Assembly: GCA_964503955.1 (NCBI GenBank)
Contig: CAZDCG010000003.1
Span: forward strand, 65,522 to 129,521
Reading direction: 5' to 3'
Source of the DNA: an uncultured Gammaproteobacteria bacterium
GTDB lineage: Bacteria > Patescibacteriota > Patescibacteriia > VMEV01 > CAYQCH01
Length of the DNA: 64,000 bases
Shown here: positions 1-9,373 of the stretch, in pieces
Position numbering within the stretch: the first letter of the stretch is position 1
How the letters are laid out: each line of letters starts with the position of its first letter
Program-made: the position numbers and the translations under genes
Notes under the pieces: model-generated
Database searches by the model: none
Told to the model about the DNA's origin: nothing
What the model saw: only the letters and a program-made list of their open reading frames with translations

Positions 1-179
1 GGCCAGGTTATGAGAAGGAGCAGGGGGAATAAGAAACATTATCCACAATTGTTATATTAGCTTGACAGGGTATATGCATAAAATTATCAATGTTTCAAGG
101 TGTTTCGCGGGTTTTTTCGTGTTGTCGTCAACCAGTTCTGACAATTTGCTGAAGTTTGCGAAAAAATGAAACCAAGCCC

Positions 180-208
180 TTGACAAATATTTTCAAAACA
201 AGTAAGTT
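180..208 (+). promoter_or_regulatory. candidate sigma70-like promoter (-35 TTGACA 180-185, 17 bp spacer, -10 TAAGTT 203-208) upstream of GC-rich lipoprotein gene
   Basis: hexamers read directly; weak -10. Confidence 0.3.
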
Positions 209-327
209 TTCCTGTTTCCTCGCTTCGTTATCCACAGTACAATGTGAGTAGGACGAGGCGGGGAATAACCCCGTTCTTGATTGTACTTTCCAATAGTCAG
301 ACCGGCGCCCCGCCGGAGGAGATCATC

Positions 328-2373
328 ATGATGAAGCATAGCCGTTTCCCGGCGGCCCGCGGGGTCGTCGGTTCCTGTCTTGCCATCCTGCTCTGTTCGC
401 TTGCCGCCATTGGCTGCAAGGGCGGAAGCAGCGGCGGCGGAGGCGGTGGCGGCGGCGTCACTCCTCCTCCCGGCGGCGGCGCCAACAACACGGCCCCCGC
501 CTTCACGAGCTCGACGGCTTCGCCGTCCACGCTCAAGAGCAACGAGACGCTGAACCTGCACGCCAGCGCCACCGACGGCGACGGCGACACGCTCTCCTAC
601 GCGTGGTCGCAGACGGCCGGGCCGAGCTTCGGCTCGATCCCGGCCGGTGCCAACGTCAGCCTGACCGCGCCGGCCGTGGCCAGCTCGCAGACGGCTTCGT
701 TCAAGATCGTCGTCAGCGACGGCAAGGGCGGCATCATCGAGCAGACCCACAACGTCACGGTCAACCCGGCCGGCGGCGGTGGGCCTCCTCCTCCGCCGCC
801 TCCGCCTCCGGGGCTCTCGCTCAACGGCATCAGCATCATTCAGATGCCCGAGCTTCAGCAGAGCTCGATCACTCGTCCGACCAATACGTCGGGAAAGATG
901 ATCCGTCTGCACGGCGACTTCTCGTCGTACCATCGCGATCAGTACGCTCTGCGTTACGACAATGGCGGTACGGCGGCGGTCACTTCGCTGCGCCAGGTTC
1001 TCCAGGGCAAGGCCATCGCCTGGGCTGAAGCACCCCGTCTGAGCATGACCGGAATCTACACGCTCTATCTGGACGTGTATGACACGACGACCCAGACCCT
1101 GATCCGCACGGCGGAGGCCCCTCCCGGGGGGCGGCCGGTGATCTCGTACAGCGATCCGGGGACCACCTACGTCGTGTTCAACGGCGAGGACGGCACGATC
1201 AACAACAACGGTCGTGTCTACAGCTTCGAGGTGGCCAATGACGGCACGCCGAGCAATAACCGCTTCATCGCGAGCGGCAACGGGCACGTCAACCGGCCTC
1301 GGTTCACCGCGGCTGGTTCGCAGCATGTCTTCGCCCCCGGCAATGCCGGGTTCGACGGCCTGCTGTTCAAGCTCGATGCCACCAAGACGAGCGGTCAGCT
1401 GTCGCCGTTTGACATCTCTGCTGGCATCCAGCGTGTCGTGATGGACTGCGCGACCTCGACGGTGGGTAATGCCGTGCTCCTGACGCAGACGCCTGGAGAT
1501 GTGTTCGTGGTTGTCGAGGTCGCCAATGACCTCTCCGCCATGGCGATCACCCCGCTGAACAATGCGGGAGTGGGGGCGCTGCTGGCGGGCACGACCATCG
1601 CCGGGTTCGACGTGATCCACTACCAGGAGCACAACGAGGTGGCAAGCGACTACGCGGTCATCGCGACTGCGAGCGGCAGCGACAATGCTGTCTACCTCGT
1701 TCGCCTGAAGGATCAGACGTACCGCCGTGTCGACCTCGGGAGCTTCGTACCCCAGGCCATGAGCGTCATCCTGGATCAGTCGAGCGGGCTGTGGCTGATC
1801 TCGGTTGCTGGGGTGACCTCTGGCACAGGAGCAGCTACTCTCACGGGGCATCAGTTCATGACGATCAAGCTCGACCCTCTCATTCTGATGCCTAGCCCGG
1901 TTGGACCGACGGCTCTGTCTTCGATCACGGCAAACGTGAAATCCTTCCACGTGTTCTGGGATGCTGCCAACAAGCGTCATGTCGGGTGGGTGATCAGTAA
2001 CGGCCTGAATGTGTACACCTGCTACGACCTGACGAACGGAGGGGCTCAGGTCGTCACGTCGGTTTCGAGTCCGTCGAGTACTGGCCCCACGGAGTCGTTG
2101 CGAGCTCGTGGTATGGACGGGTTCGTTGTCTGCTACAGCGGAGCAGCCTTCGGGGCGCTCTTCACGAGCTGGGACGGCAACACCACGGTCAACATCCCGA
2201 CCACCGACGCCCCCGACGCGGTTGCTGTGGGGGATCAGGTGATCGCAGTCGAAGATCGTCACTCCACTGGTCATCTGGTCAAGGTCTATCATGGTCCGAC
2301 CAATGCAACGGTCGACCACATGCCTCCCTTCAGCGCTTCGAGCAATGGAGGGTTGGGAACCGCGCTGCAGTAA
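328..2373 (+). CDS. GC-rich secreted lipoprotein with Gly/Pro-rich linkers and cadherin-like/Ig-like repeat (TDGDGDTLSYAW)
   Basis: GGAGGA 315-320 then ATG 328. Signal peptide with lipobox LAAIGC. Poly-G and poly-P linkers. About 66% GC against a 50% background. The antisense 742-aa ORF is a high-GC artefact. Confidence 0.6.
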   Translation: MMKHSRFPAARGVVGSCLAILLCSLAAIGCKGGSSGGGGGGGGVTPPPGGGANNTAPAFTSSTASPSTLKSNETLNLHASATDGDGDTLSYAWSQTAGPSFGSIPAGANVSLTAPAVASSQTASFKIVVSDGKGGIIEQTHNVTVNPAGGGGPPPPPPPPPGLSLNGISIIQMPELQQSSITRPTNTSGKMIRLHGDFSSYHRDQYALRYDNGGTAAVTSLRQVLQGKAIAWAEAPRLSMTGIYTLYLDVYDTTTQTLIRTAEAPPGGRPVISYSDPGTTYVVFNGEDGTINNNGRVYSFEVANDGTPSNNRFIASGNGHVNRPRFTAAGSQHVFAPGNAGFDGLLFKLDATKTSGQLSPFDISAGIQRVVMDCATSTVGNAVLLTQTPGDVFVVVEVANDLSAMAITPLNNAGVGALLAGTTIAGFDVIHYQEHNEVASDYAVIATASGSDNAVYLVRLKDQTYRRVDLGSFVPQAMSVILDQSSGLWLISVAGVTSGTGAATLTGHQFMTIKLDPLILMPSPVGPTALSSITANVKSFHVFWDAANKRHVGWVISNGLNVYTCYDLTNGGAQVVTSVSSPSSTGPTESLRARGMDGFVVCYSGAAFGALFTSWDGNTTVNIPTTDAPDAVAVGDQVIAVEDRHSTGHLVKVYHGPTNATVDHMPPFSASSNGGLGTALQ

Positions 2374-2410
2374 TGCGGCTCGGATAGAAGAACTCCCGTA
2401 AACGGGAAAC

Positions 2411-2452
2411 GCGCCTCGCAAGGTTTCAAACCATGCGAGGCGCTGTTCTTTA
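2411..2452 (+). terminator. rho-independent terminator, 10-bp perfect stem GCGCCTCGCA/TGCGAGGCGC followed by T-run
   Basis: inverted repeat 2411-2420 / 2435-2444 then tgttcttt. Confidence 0.7.
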
Positions 2453-2464
2453 TAGCGGGCTTTA

Positions 2465-2473
2465 TGGTATAAT
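2465..2473 (+). promoter_or_regulatory. extended -10 element TGgTATAAT for large surface protein gene
   Basis: TG 2465-2466, TATAAT 2468-2473, 28 nt before ATG 2502. Confidence 0.4.
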
Positions 2474-2501
2474 TTACTCTCAATCCGTGTGTGTGAGGAT
2501 T

Positions 2502-5500
2502 ATGCCAACAAAAAGACATCATATTTATAATTTCCATATTGGTTTTTGGGGAGCGGTTTTTGTTTCTCTTTCGATTTTATTTCATTCGGCAATTTTGTTG
2601 ATTGCTGGTGCAGCTGTCAGTACGGCTCAAACTCAGCCTCAGGCTATCGCCATTGAAAGTCCTGCTTCAGGGCAAAGTTTCTTAGTTGGAGATCAATTGA
2701 TTTTGAGAGCGCGGACGATAGTTCCTGTTCCTGGGGTTTCTTTTTCAATTACAAACTCAACAGGAGAATTTGTGCTGCCTTTGACTCCTGCTACGGGTGA
2801 CGCGAATTTCACATTATGGCAAATCCCCGATTGGGCTGCTACCCAAAGTGGTAACTTCACAATTACTGCAGTAATTCCTTCTACTCAACAATCAACCTCC
2901 CTCAATGTTTCAATTCAGGAATCGTTGGCTATTACAATGAGAAATCCGAATCATGGACAGGTATTAACGCAACCTACAATTTTCACTGCAATCGTAACAG
3001 GTATAGCTGACAGAGTAGAGTTTGATTTGGGGAATGGATTACCGACGATAGATGCTACTCAGAATCCAAATGCTGCTGGTGAATGGTCCGCTAATGTGGA
3101 TCCTTCAACTTTAATAGACGGTAATCATACTGTAGTCGCAAGAGCTTATTCTTCTTTGAGTACAGATGGCGTGCCGAGCACTCCTGTAAGCTTTACCGTG
3201 CAGACAGAGCAACCAATTCAAGGCACAATCTCAATCAATACACCATCTCAGAATCAGGAGATTTCAGGCTCATTTACCTTGCGAGCAACCACCAATCTCG
3301 ATGGATCAGAGGTCCAATTCACCATTACCCCCGGCAAGACAAATCCATCTGATCCACTTAACGCGGTGCAGGCGGGGACCGATTTAAAAAATTGGATTCT
3401 TACTATCGACACCACTCAATACCCCAACGGAACGTATACCGTAGTAGCATCAGGGAATGTTGGTGGTACAACCCAGCTCAGTGATGTTGTCTCATTCACG
3501 ATCAATAATCAAGCGCAAACAACACAACCACTCGCTATTTCAACAACTTCTTTGCCAAACGGCACGGTCGCGGTTCCTTATAATGCGACATTGACCGCAA
3601 CCGGAGGGACTCCGCCTTATACGTGGGGAATTGCATCAGGCAATCTGCCGCTTGGTTTGAGACTCAGCAATGCCGGTGTCATTAGCGGTATTCCGCTCGC
3701 GCCAGGTGCCTCAACAGTGGAATTCAGAGCTCAAGACAGTGCAGCGCCGGCCGCATCGGCCGCCATTACAAAAACCCTTGTTTTGACCATTAACCTTGCA
3801 CCGACAAATCCAGTCATCCCCGTTTGCGGCAATGGAACAAAAGAGGGAACAGAACAATGCGATGACGGTAATCTTGCCAATGGAGACGGCTGTTCTTCCC
3901 TCTGTACAACGGAACAGACAACAACTCCGCCGGCAATTACCACGCCTCCTGCTGGCGACACGACAACTCCGCCAGCCACGAATCAGCCTCAAGTGACTCC
4001 TGTTCTCTCATTTCTTGAACCTGCCGCGAATACCACATTAACCGGCACCAATAACCTTGTTCGTGTCAGCTCTAATGTGCCGGTAGAAAAGCCAACTATT
4101 TTATTTGTAAATAGCAGCGGGCAGAATATCCTTCCGGCAAATCAAAATATCTTTGCTCCTTTGGGCAATGCGAGCGGCACGATATGGCACACCATTATTG
4201 ATGCTTCTAAACTGGCAGACGGCACATACAGCTTGCGCGCGACGGCAAAAGTTATAGGCGGGGAAACGATTGGAGCGGCCCCGGTTTCCTTGAAAGTGGA
4301 TAATCCTGATGAAGAGACATTTCAGGGAGGATCTATTGTCCGCCCCGCTGAAGGTTCTCAATTCAGCGGAATCGTGCCTTTACAGGCTGAAGTGAATGGG
4401 GAAATTGAATCAGTGACATTTACCATTGATACGCAATTTGACGGCAGCAAACCTCCGATCACCGCGCGCTTTAACGCCTCAAAGAATCTGTGGGAAGCAA
4501 GCTGGGATTCAAGCGGAGTGCGGCCGGGCACGGTAATCATTCGTACGGAGATTCGTACATCGCAAAATAAGGTGCACCAGCTTGCACGCCGTACCTTCAC
4601 ATTGATTGCGGCTACGACTCCCGTTGCGCAGAATACACAAACAGCAGAACCTCGGATTGAAGAGGTGATTGAGCCGGCTGTCTTAAACAATGTGCAGCCC
4701 GATGGCACGATCAGCCCGCTTCCTGTCGAATGTCAGATTGCAGGAGTGAGAGAAGAAAAAGCTTGTAATGATTATCTGCGCAGCCGGGCGATTCGCTTAT
4801 TGAATGAACAGGAACAGCAAAAAGTGCGTGAGGATCTCAATCTCTTTGTCACTCGCCATATCGAAGTAGGAGATGGCAAGGCGGTACGAAAAGACCAGGA
4901 GGGAACAAGCTCTCAGACAATTGTTGAAGATCCGCTTGCTGAAATCCTGCCGATTCGAAAAGAAGAAACAAGAGGTGAAAGATTCCTGGTCGCGCCTTCA
5001 ACAACGCCTCCTGCCAATGTTGCGCGTTTTGTGGAACAAACCGTTCCGGCTGTTTTGATCTCTGATCGTGACGGCGACGGGCTCTCAGATGACGCGGAAG
5101 CCCGCTACGGAACGGATCCGTCAAATCCGGATACGGACGGTGACGGCTACCTCGACGGGGAGGAAGTACGCAATGGTTTCAGCCCTACCGGTCCGGGGCT
5201 CTTGTCGACCGTTGTTGCTCCGGCCGATTTAGCCATCTTGAATCGCCGCCCGCTCGATCAGCCGAAATTTGCCGGACGCACTGAAGAAGTGATCAAAGTC
5301 GAAGAAGTGCAGTCGGTGCAGGAAGGAGAGCAAAATGTCTTGCGCATGCGAGGAAAGGCGGAACCAAGCGCCTTTGTCACCTTGTTCGTGTACAGTTCGC
5401 TGCCGATTGTGGTTACAGTGCAGGCGGACGCGTCTGGAAACTGGCAATATGACCTCACGCATCCGCTGGTAGACGGCAAACATGACGTTTACGCGACCGT

Positions 5501-5723
5501 TACTAATGAAACAGGAGCGATCGCTAAAAAATCGAGAGCGCTTAGCTTCTTTGTGCAGTCCGCACAGGCTGTTTCTGAGGAAGAATTCCTCGCGGCAGGA
5601 CCGGTTCTGCGTGACAGCTCGTCTACCTTTGTTCTGTACTATGTGCTTGCCGGCGTATTGATCATCATGCTTGGAGGATTGATGGTCTTCTACTATATCC
5701 GCTCGCAAAAGTCGCTGATTTAA
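2502..5723 (+). CDS. large cell-surface protein: signal peptide, Ig-like repeats, Myxococcus-type cysteine-rich repeat (CGNGTKEGTEQCDDGNLANGDGCSSLC), TSP3-like Ca-binding repeats (DRDGDGLSDD, DTDGDGYLDG), C-terminal TM anchor
   Basis: GAGGA RBS before ATG 2502. Motifs read from translation. C-terminal hydrophobic helix VLAGVLIIMLGGLMVFYYI. Confidence 0.7.
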   Translation: MPTKRHHIYNFHIGFWGAVFVSLSILFHSAILLIAGAAVSTAQTQPQAIAIESPASGQSFLVGDQLILRARTIVPVPGVSFSITNSTGEFVLPLTPATGDANFTLWQIPDWAATQSGNFTITAVIPSTQQSTSLNVSIQESLAITMRNPNHGQVLTQPTIFTAIVTGIADRVEFDLGNGLPTIDATQNPNAAGEWSANVDPSTLIDGNHTVVARAYSSLSTDGVPSTPVSFTVQTEQPIQGTISINTPSQNQEISGSFTLRATTNLDGSEVQFTITPGKTNPSDPLNAVQAGTDLKNWILTIDTTQYPNGTYTVVASGNVGGTTQLSDVVSFTINNQAQTTQPLAISTTSLPNGTVAVPYNATLTATGGTPPYTWGIASGNLPLGLRLSNAGVISGIPLAPGASTVEFRAQDSAAPAASAAITKTLVLTINLAPTNPVIPVCGNGTKEGTEQCDDGNLANGDGCSSLCTTEQTTTPPAITTPPAGDTTTPPATNQPQVTPVLSFLEPAANTTLTGTNNLVRVSSNVPVEKPTILFVNSSGQNILPANQNIFAPLGNASGTIWHTIIDASKLADGTYSLRATAKVIGGETIGAAPVSLKVDNPDEETFQGGSIVRPAEGSQFSGIVPLQAEVNGEIESVTFTIDTQFDGSKPPITARFNASKNLWEASWDSSGVRPGTVIIRTEIRTSQNKVHQLARRTFTLIAATTPVAQNTQTAEPRIEEVIEPAVLNNVQPDGTISPLPVECQIAGVREEKACNDYLRSRAIRLLNEQEQQKVREDLNLFVTRHIEVGDGKAVRKDQEGTSSQTIVEDPLAEILPIRKEETRGERFLVAPSTTPPANVARFVEQTVPAVLISDRDGDGLSDDAEARYGTDPSNPDTDGDGYLDGEEVRNGFSPTGPGLLSTVVAPADLAILNRRPLDQPKFAGRTEEVIKVEEVQSVQEGEQNVLRMRGKAEPSAFVTLFVYSSLPIVVTVQADASGNWQYDLTHPLVDGKHDVYATVTNETGAIAKKSRALSFFVQSAQAVSEEEFLAAGPVLRDSSSTFVLYYVLAGVLIIMLGGLMVFYYIRSQKSLI

Positions 5724-5732
5724 TTCGCATCC

Positions 5733-7238
5733 ATGCAGTTTAAGGAGAATATCCTGGCATTGAAAAAATACTGGCAGATCATTTACGCGTCTCTGCTGAT
5801 TGTTCTTATTCCGCTCACCATCATCGTCAATACGGTCTGGGTGACGGGAGAATTCAAGAGCAATATCGACGTGCAATTGCAGCGCCAGGCGCTTTCCATG
5901 GGAGAGGTATTCAACGGCGCTTTGCAGGACGCGCTTGACCATCCTGAAGAATTGCAGGACGAACTTGAGCGCGTGGCCGCGCTAAATCCCGATATCGTGC
6001 TTGCCGACATTCTCGTGCCGGAAGGGGATCAGTTCAAAGTGGTGGCAAGTTTGACTGAAGAGAGCATTGGAAAAACATCCGGCGAGCTTGTATACGTGAT
6101 TTCCTGGCATCAGAAGCAGGCCATTGCTAATCTGACCAACGCCGCATATCTTACGCGGGATAATCCGCTTGCGACCAGAAAATTTGAAGACCTGCAGGAA
6201 CGCTTCTGGTCCGTTTCCATCCCGCTTGTGGACTTGGAAGGCAATAAACGCGCGTTGCTGAGCCTGAATATGTCGCTGGCTATTGTGGATGAACTCGTTA
6301 GCCGGACATTGATCCGCTCTTACATCATCCTGACCTTTGCGGTCATCGTGATCGTCTTGCTGCTCATGGCGAATACCCGCTTATTCCAATACGCGGCTTT
6401 GGCCAAGAAGTTGAAAGAAGTGGAAAAACTCAAAGACGAATTTATTTCCATGGCTTCGCATGAACTGCGCACGCCGATCACAAGCCTTCGCGGATATCTT
6501 TCCATGTTGAAAGAGGGAGCGCTGGGCGAACTCAGCGATCTTGCCAAAGCGCGCGTCAATATGATGATGGGATCAGCTGACCGTCTCAATGAGCTCGTGG
6601 AGGATTTGTTGAACGTTTCGCGCATCGAACAGGGCAGGCTGACCATGAATTACGAAGTTGTCCAGGTTGAACCTGTGATCGAAGAAGTTATGAACGAACT
6701 GCAGGTGCAAGCTGACGAGAAAAAGCTTGCCTTTGCGTACAATCGTCCTGCATCGCCTTTGCCTGCGCTTCTGGTCGATGCGAATAGATTGAAGCAGGTG
6801 CTCGTCAACATAATCGGCAACGCGATCAAGTACACGCCAAAGGGCTCCGTTACGGTAACGAGTACATTCCGGGAAGAAGATAATCTGGTTGAGATCAAAT
6901 GCGCTGATACCGGACTTGGAATGACGCAGAAGCAGCGTGAACGCCTCTTTACAAAATTCTATCGCGTCAAAACTCAGGAGACAGAGCAGATCAAAGGAAC
7001 GGGACTTGGGTTATGGATTACCAAACAAATTGTTGAAATCATGGGCGGTGAAATTCTCGTTGACAGTATTAAAGATGTTGGAACGCAGATGTCGGTTAAC
7101 CTCCCTGTGCGCTCTGAAAAACAGATAAAAGAAACGTTGAAAAAACAAACTTCCATCGTGAAAAAAGAAGCCGTGAAGCTGAGCGAAAGCCAGAAATTGC
7201 CTGAACCGGACCCCGATGATGAGGAAGAGATGGCTTGA
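5733..7238 (+). CDS. sensor histidine kinase (two TM segments, HisKA H-box SHELRTP, HATPase G-box GTGLGLWI)
   Basis: conserved H-box and G1/G2 boxes in translation. Confidence 0.85.
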   Translation: MQFKENILALKKYWQIIYASLLIVLIPLTIIVNTVWVTGEFKSNIDVQLQRQALSMGEVFNGALQDALDHPEELQDELERVAALNPDIVLADILVPEGDQFKVVASLTEESIGKTSGELVYVISWHQKQAIANLTNAAYLTRDNPLATRKFEDLQERFWSVSIPLVDLEGNKRALLSLNMSLAIVDELVSRTLIRSYIILTFAVIVIVLLLMANTRLFQYAALAKKLKEVEKLKDEFISMASHELRTPITSLRGYLSMLKEGALGELSDLAKARVNMMMGSADRLNELVEDLLNVSRIEQGRLTMNYEVVQVEPVIEEVMNELQVQADEKKLAFAYNRPASPLPALLVDANRLKQVLVNIIGNAIKYTPKGSVTVTSTFREEDNLVEIKCADTGLGMTQKQRERLFTKFYRVKTQETEQIKGTGLGLWITKQIVEIMGGEILVDSIKDVGTQMSVNLPVRSEKQIKETLKKQTSIVKKEAVKLSESQKLPEPDPDDEEEMA

Positions 7239-7422
7239 TTTTCGATCGAAAATATGGTATGATCGTTTTCAGAGGCCGAATTGGCGCCTCTTTTTCTTTA
7301 CATTCAAAGAAGTTCCCGATCTTTGGGAAAAATGCGTATTCTGGCTCATAGGTCTGCCAAGACCTTGTGCCGGCATCGTATGTTTCTGAGAGGGGGTTAA
7401 GCGGAAACCTCGGCCCTTAATT

Positions 7423-7440
7423 GTGCCCGTAGCTCAGCTT
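7423..7440 (+). repeat. truncated 5' tRNA fragment (GTGCCCGTAGCTCAGCTT) resembling acceptor/D-arm of the adjacent tRNA-Arg
   Basis: 16/18 identity to 7480-7497. Confidence 0.5.
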
Positions 7441-7479
7441 CCGCCGGCGCTGCCAAACGAAAATAGCTGATTTCTTCGC

Positions 7480-7553
7480 GTACCCGTAGCTCAGCTGGAT
7501 AGAGCAACAGCCTTCTAAGCTGTAGGTCGAAGGTTCAAATCCTTCCGGGTACG
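7480..7553 (+). tRNA. tRNA-Arg(TCT)
   Basis: manual cloverleaf. Acceptor GTACCCG/CGGGTAC. Anticodon loop CTTCTAA. T-loop TTCAAAT. Confidence 0.9.
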
Positions 7554-7589
7554 CGAAGGGATTAACATCAACGTTCGGTGCGGGGCGGG

Positions 7590-7661
7590 GAGCAACAGCC
7601 TTCTAAGCTGTAGGTCGAAGGTTCGCCTGCCTGCCGGCAGGCAGGAATCCTTCCGGGTACG
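7590..7661 (+). repeat. partial duplicate of tRNA-Arg (D-stem 3' strand to discriminator) with a 21-nt perfect palindrome (GCCTGCCTGCCGGCAGGCAGG, 7625-7645) inserted in the T-loop; a third short copy at 7703-7716
   Basis: sequence identity to 7502-7553 apart from the insertion; lacks 5' acceptor strand. Confidence 0.7.
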
Positions 7662-7804
7662 CGAAGGGATTAGCGACAACCGTTTTAGGAGAGCGCGGCG
7701 GGGAGCAACAGCCTTCCTTGTTCATTGACGGCGAATCTCCTTTTCCATAACATAGATGCACGCTAGCTGGTTGGCGATTCCAATCACGACAAGATCAATA
7801 ACGG

Positions 7805-7880
7805 GGTGCCCATGGTGAAACGGTTATCACGGAAGCTTGTGGCGCTTCAATTACGGGTTCGATTCCCGTTGGGCACCCCA
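7805..7880 (+). tRNA. tRNA-His(GTG) with encoded G-1 and CCA
   Basis: acceptor GTGCCCA/TGGGCAC. D-stem GTGA/TCAC. Anticodon loop TTGTGGC. G at -1 and discriminator C. Confidence 0.9.
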
Positions 7881-7898
7881 TTGTTGATCTTCATACAT

Positions 7899-7950
7899 TC
7901 GATTCCCGCCTGCCCGCCGAAGCGTGAGCGGAGGAGGGTTGAGCACCCCA
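7899..7950 (+). repeat. partial duplicate of tRNA-His 3' end (TCGATTCCCG...GAGCACCCCATTG) split by a 32-nt insertion
   Basis: matches 7859-7883 on both sides of insert 7909-7940. Confidence 0.6.
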
Positions 7951-8062
7951 TTGAACATCTCTAGTTTCTGTTAGCAAAGACTCCCTTGACGGGGAGTTTT
8001 CTGTTGGCTGGACGATTAAGCTATTGCGGGGTACAGTGCCAAATAGGAAAAGGAGGTGGATC

Positions 8063-8761
8063 GTGAGATTGTTCATTTTCATACTATTACTCTGTTTTCT
8101 GCCTATTGCCGCGCTTCTGGCCCAGGACATTCAGGGGAGCGTTTCCCCTGACACCCCGCGCCTGACGGGATCGCAGGAGGATCCGTCCCCCGCCTACAGG
8201 GTTGTCCGCCGTCCACGCGAAGATTGGCGCATGTCCGAATATATCCTGTTTGTCATCGACATTTCAGGATCAATGGACTCCGCCAACCGCTTTGAGAAGG
8301 CGCTGCAGATCGCTCATGACCTCATGGAGGTCAGCACCGACCTCTACTATATCGGCGTGATCGTTTTCAACGATAATCACGAGCGATGGGAAGGCATTCC
8401 GGACGAGGAGAATCGCGTGCCTCCGGGCTGGGCAGCCATGCCCAATGGCGATAACTCCAAGGCGGCGAGGGAATGGGTGCGCTCTAGAGGCACAAGCAGG
8501 AGCACGAACCCGGCAACCGCCTTTCACGCCGCTCTGGCGGAACCGCAGCCCGAGCTCACGGTGGTGTTGATCACGGACGGGGAGTTCAACTACGGCATCA
8601 ACGCGAGGGATCTCTTCGCCGAGGGGCAGGCAAACCGCGTCCGAAACGAACAACCCGAAGCCGGTTTCATCATCTTCGGCGTCGGGGAGAAGTCGGCGCA
8701 AGAACAAAAACTGCTCGACCTCGCCGAGCACGCAACAGGGGGATTTTATGTGCAGGATTAA
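8063..8761 (+). CDS. secreted von Willebrand factor A (vWA) domain protein with MIDAS motif DISGSMDS; GC-rich
   Basis: GGAGG 8052-8056, GTG start 8063. Signal peptide. DxSxS motif. About 60% GC. Confidence 0.7.
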   Translation: MRLFIFILLLCFLPIAALLAQDIQGSVSPDTPRLTGSQEDPSPAYRVVRRPREDWRMSEYILFVIDISGSMDSANRFEKALQIAHDLMEVSTDLYYIGVIVFNDNHERWEGIPDEENRVPPGWAAMPNGDNSKAAREWVRSRGTSRSTNPATAFHAALAEPQPELTVVLITDGEFNYGINARDLFAEGQANRVRNEQPEAGFIIFGVGEKSAQEQKLLDLAEHATGGFYVQD

Positions 8762-8849
8762 CGGAACGGAGGCCGTTGATCCGCTTACGGGGAAGTTGCT
8801 GGAAAACCGCGCTTCCCCGTTCGATTTTCTTGATTTCTCTTCCCATTTA

Positions 8850-8898
8850 CCAGAAGCGTCGTATTGCAATACGACGCTTCTGGTTGAATTTTTTCTTC
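8850..8898 (+). terminator. terminator: 17-bp perfect palindrome CCAGAAGCGTCGTATTG/CAATACGACGCTTCTGG then TTGAATTTTTTCTTC
   Basis: read directly. Confidence 0.7.
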
Positions 8899-9059
8899 AA
8901 ACAGATGGGATTCCTAAAACCCAAACATAAAAAATGCCCGACAATGGCAATAATTGTGGGCAGATCTGAATACAGTATAGCAGATTTTACGGTGGATGCT
9001 AGATCAAGATTTAGAAATCAGATACTGGAGCAAAAAATCGCACATCGTACGATTTTTTG

Positions 9060-9145
9060 TGGTACCCGGGGCGGGACTCGAACCCGCACGTCCTTGCGGA
9101 CACAAGATTTTAAGTCTTGAGCGTCTACCATTCCGCCACCCGGGC
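9060..9145 (-). tRNA. tRNA-Leu(TAA), type II with long variable arm, CCA encoded
   Basis: reverse complement folds: anticodon loop CTTAAAA, variable arm GTGTCCGCAAGGACGT, T-loop TTCGAGT. Confidence 0.9.
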
Positions 9146-9165
9146 ATGCATAGAAAAAACCTGAG

Positions 9166-9237
9166 AGCGGGAGACGGGGATCGAACCCGCGATCTTCTCC
9201 TTGGCAAGGAGACGCGATACCACTTCGCCACTCCCGC
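9166..9237 (-). tRNA. tRNA-Gly(GCC)
   Basis: reverse complement: GCGGGAG acceptor, anticodon loop TTGCCAA, T-loop TTCGATC. A further 7 nt of flanking complementarity (CCTGAGA/TCTCAGG) lies outside the acceptor stem. Confidence 0.85.
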
Positions 9238-9373
9238 TCTCAGGCTTCTTAGAATAAAACGATCGGAAGGGCAGGGCTTCCGAAGTGAGTATACAGTAGC
9301 AAATATGCCGGAAAAAATAAAGAGGGGGATTCTTCTCTAAACAACCTTCCATTCTATGCTACACTAACTTCCC

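Noticed and set aside
193-2421. 742-aa minus-strand ORF
   Set aside because: It is exactly antisense to the lipoprotein gene in 66% GC DNA, an Arg/Gly-rich low-complexity translation with no start context. This is typical of high-GC antisense artefacts.
8776-9352. Four short ORFs (75-114 aa) on both strands
   Set aside because: They lie over tRNA-Leu and tRNA-Gly and the palindromic terminator; no coding signal.
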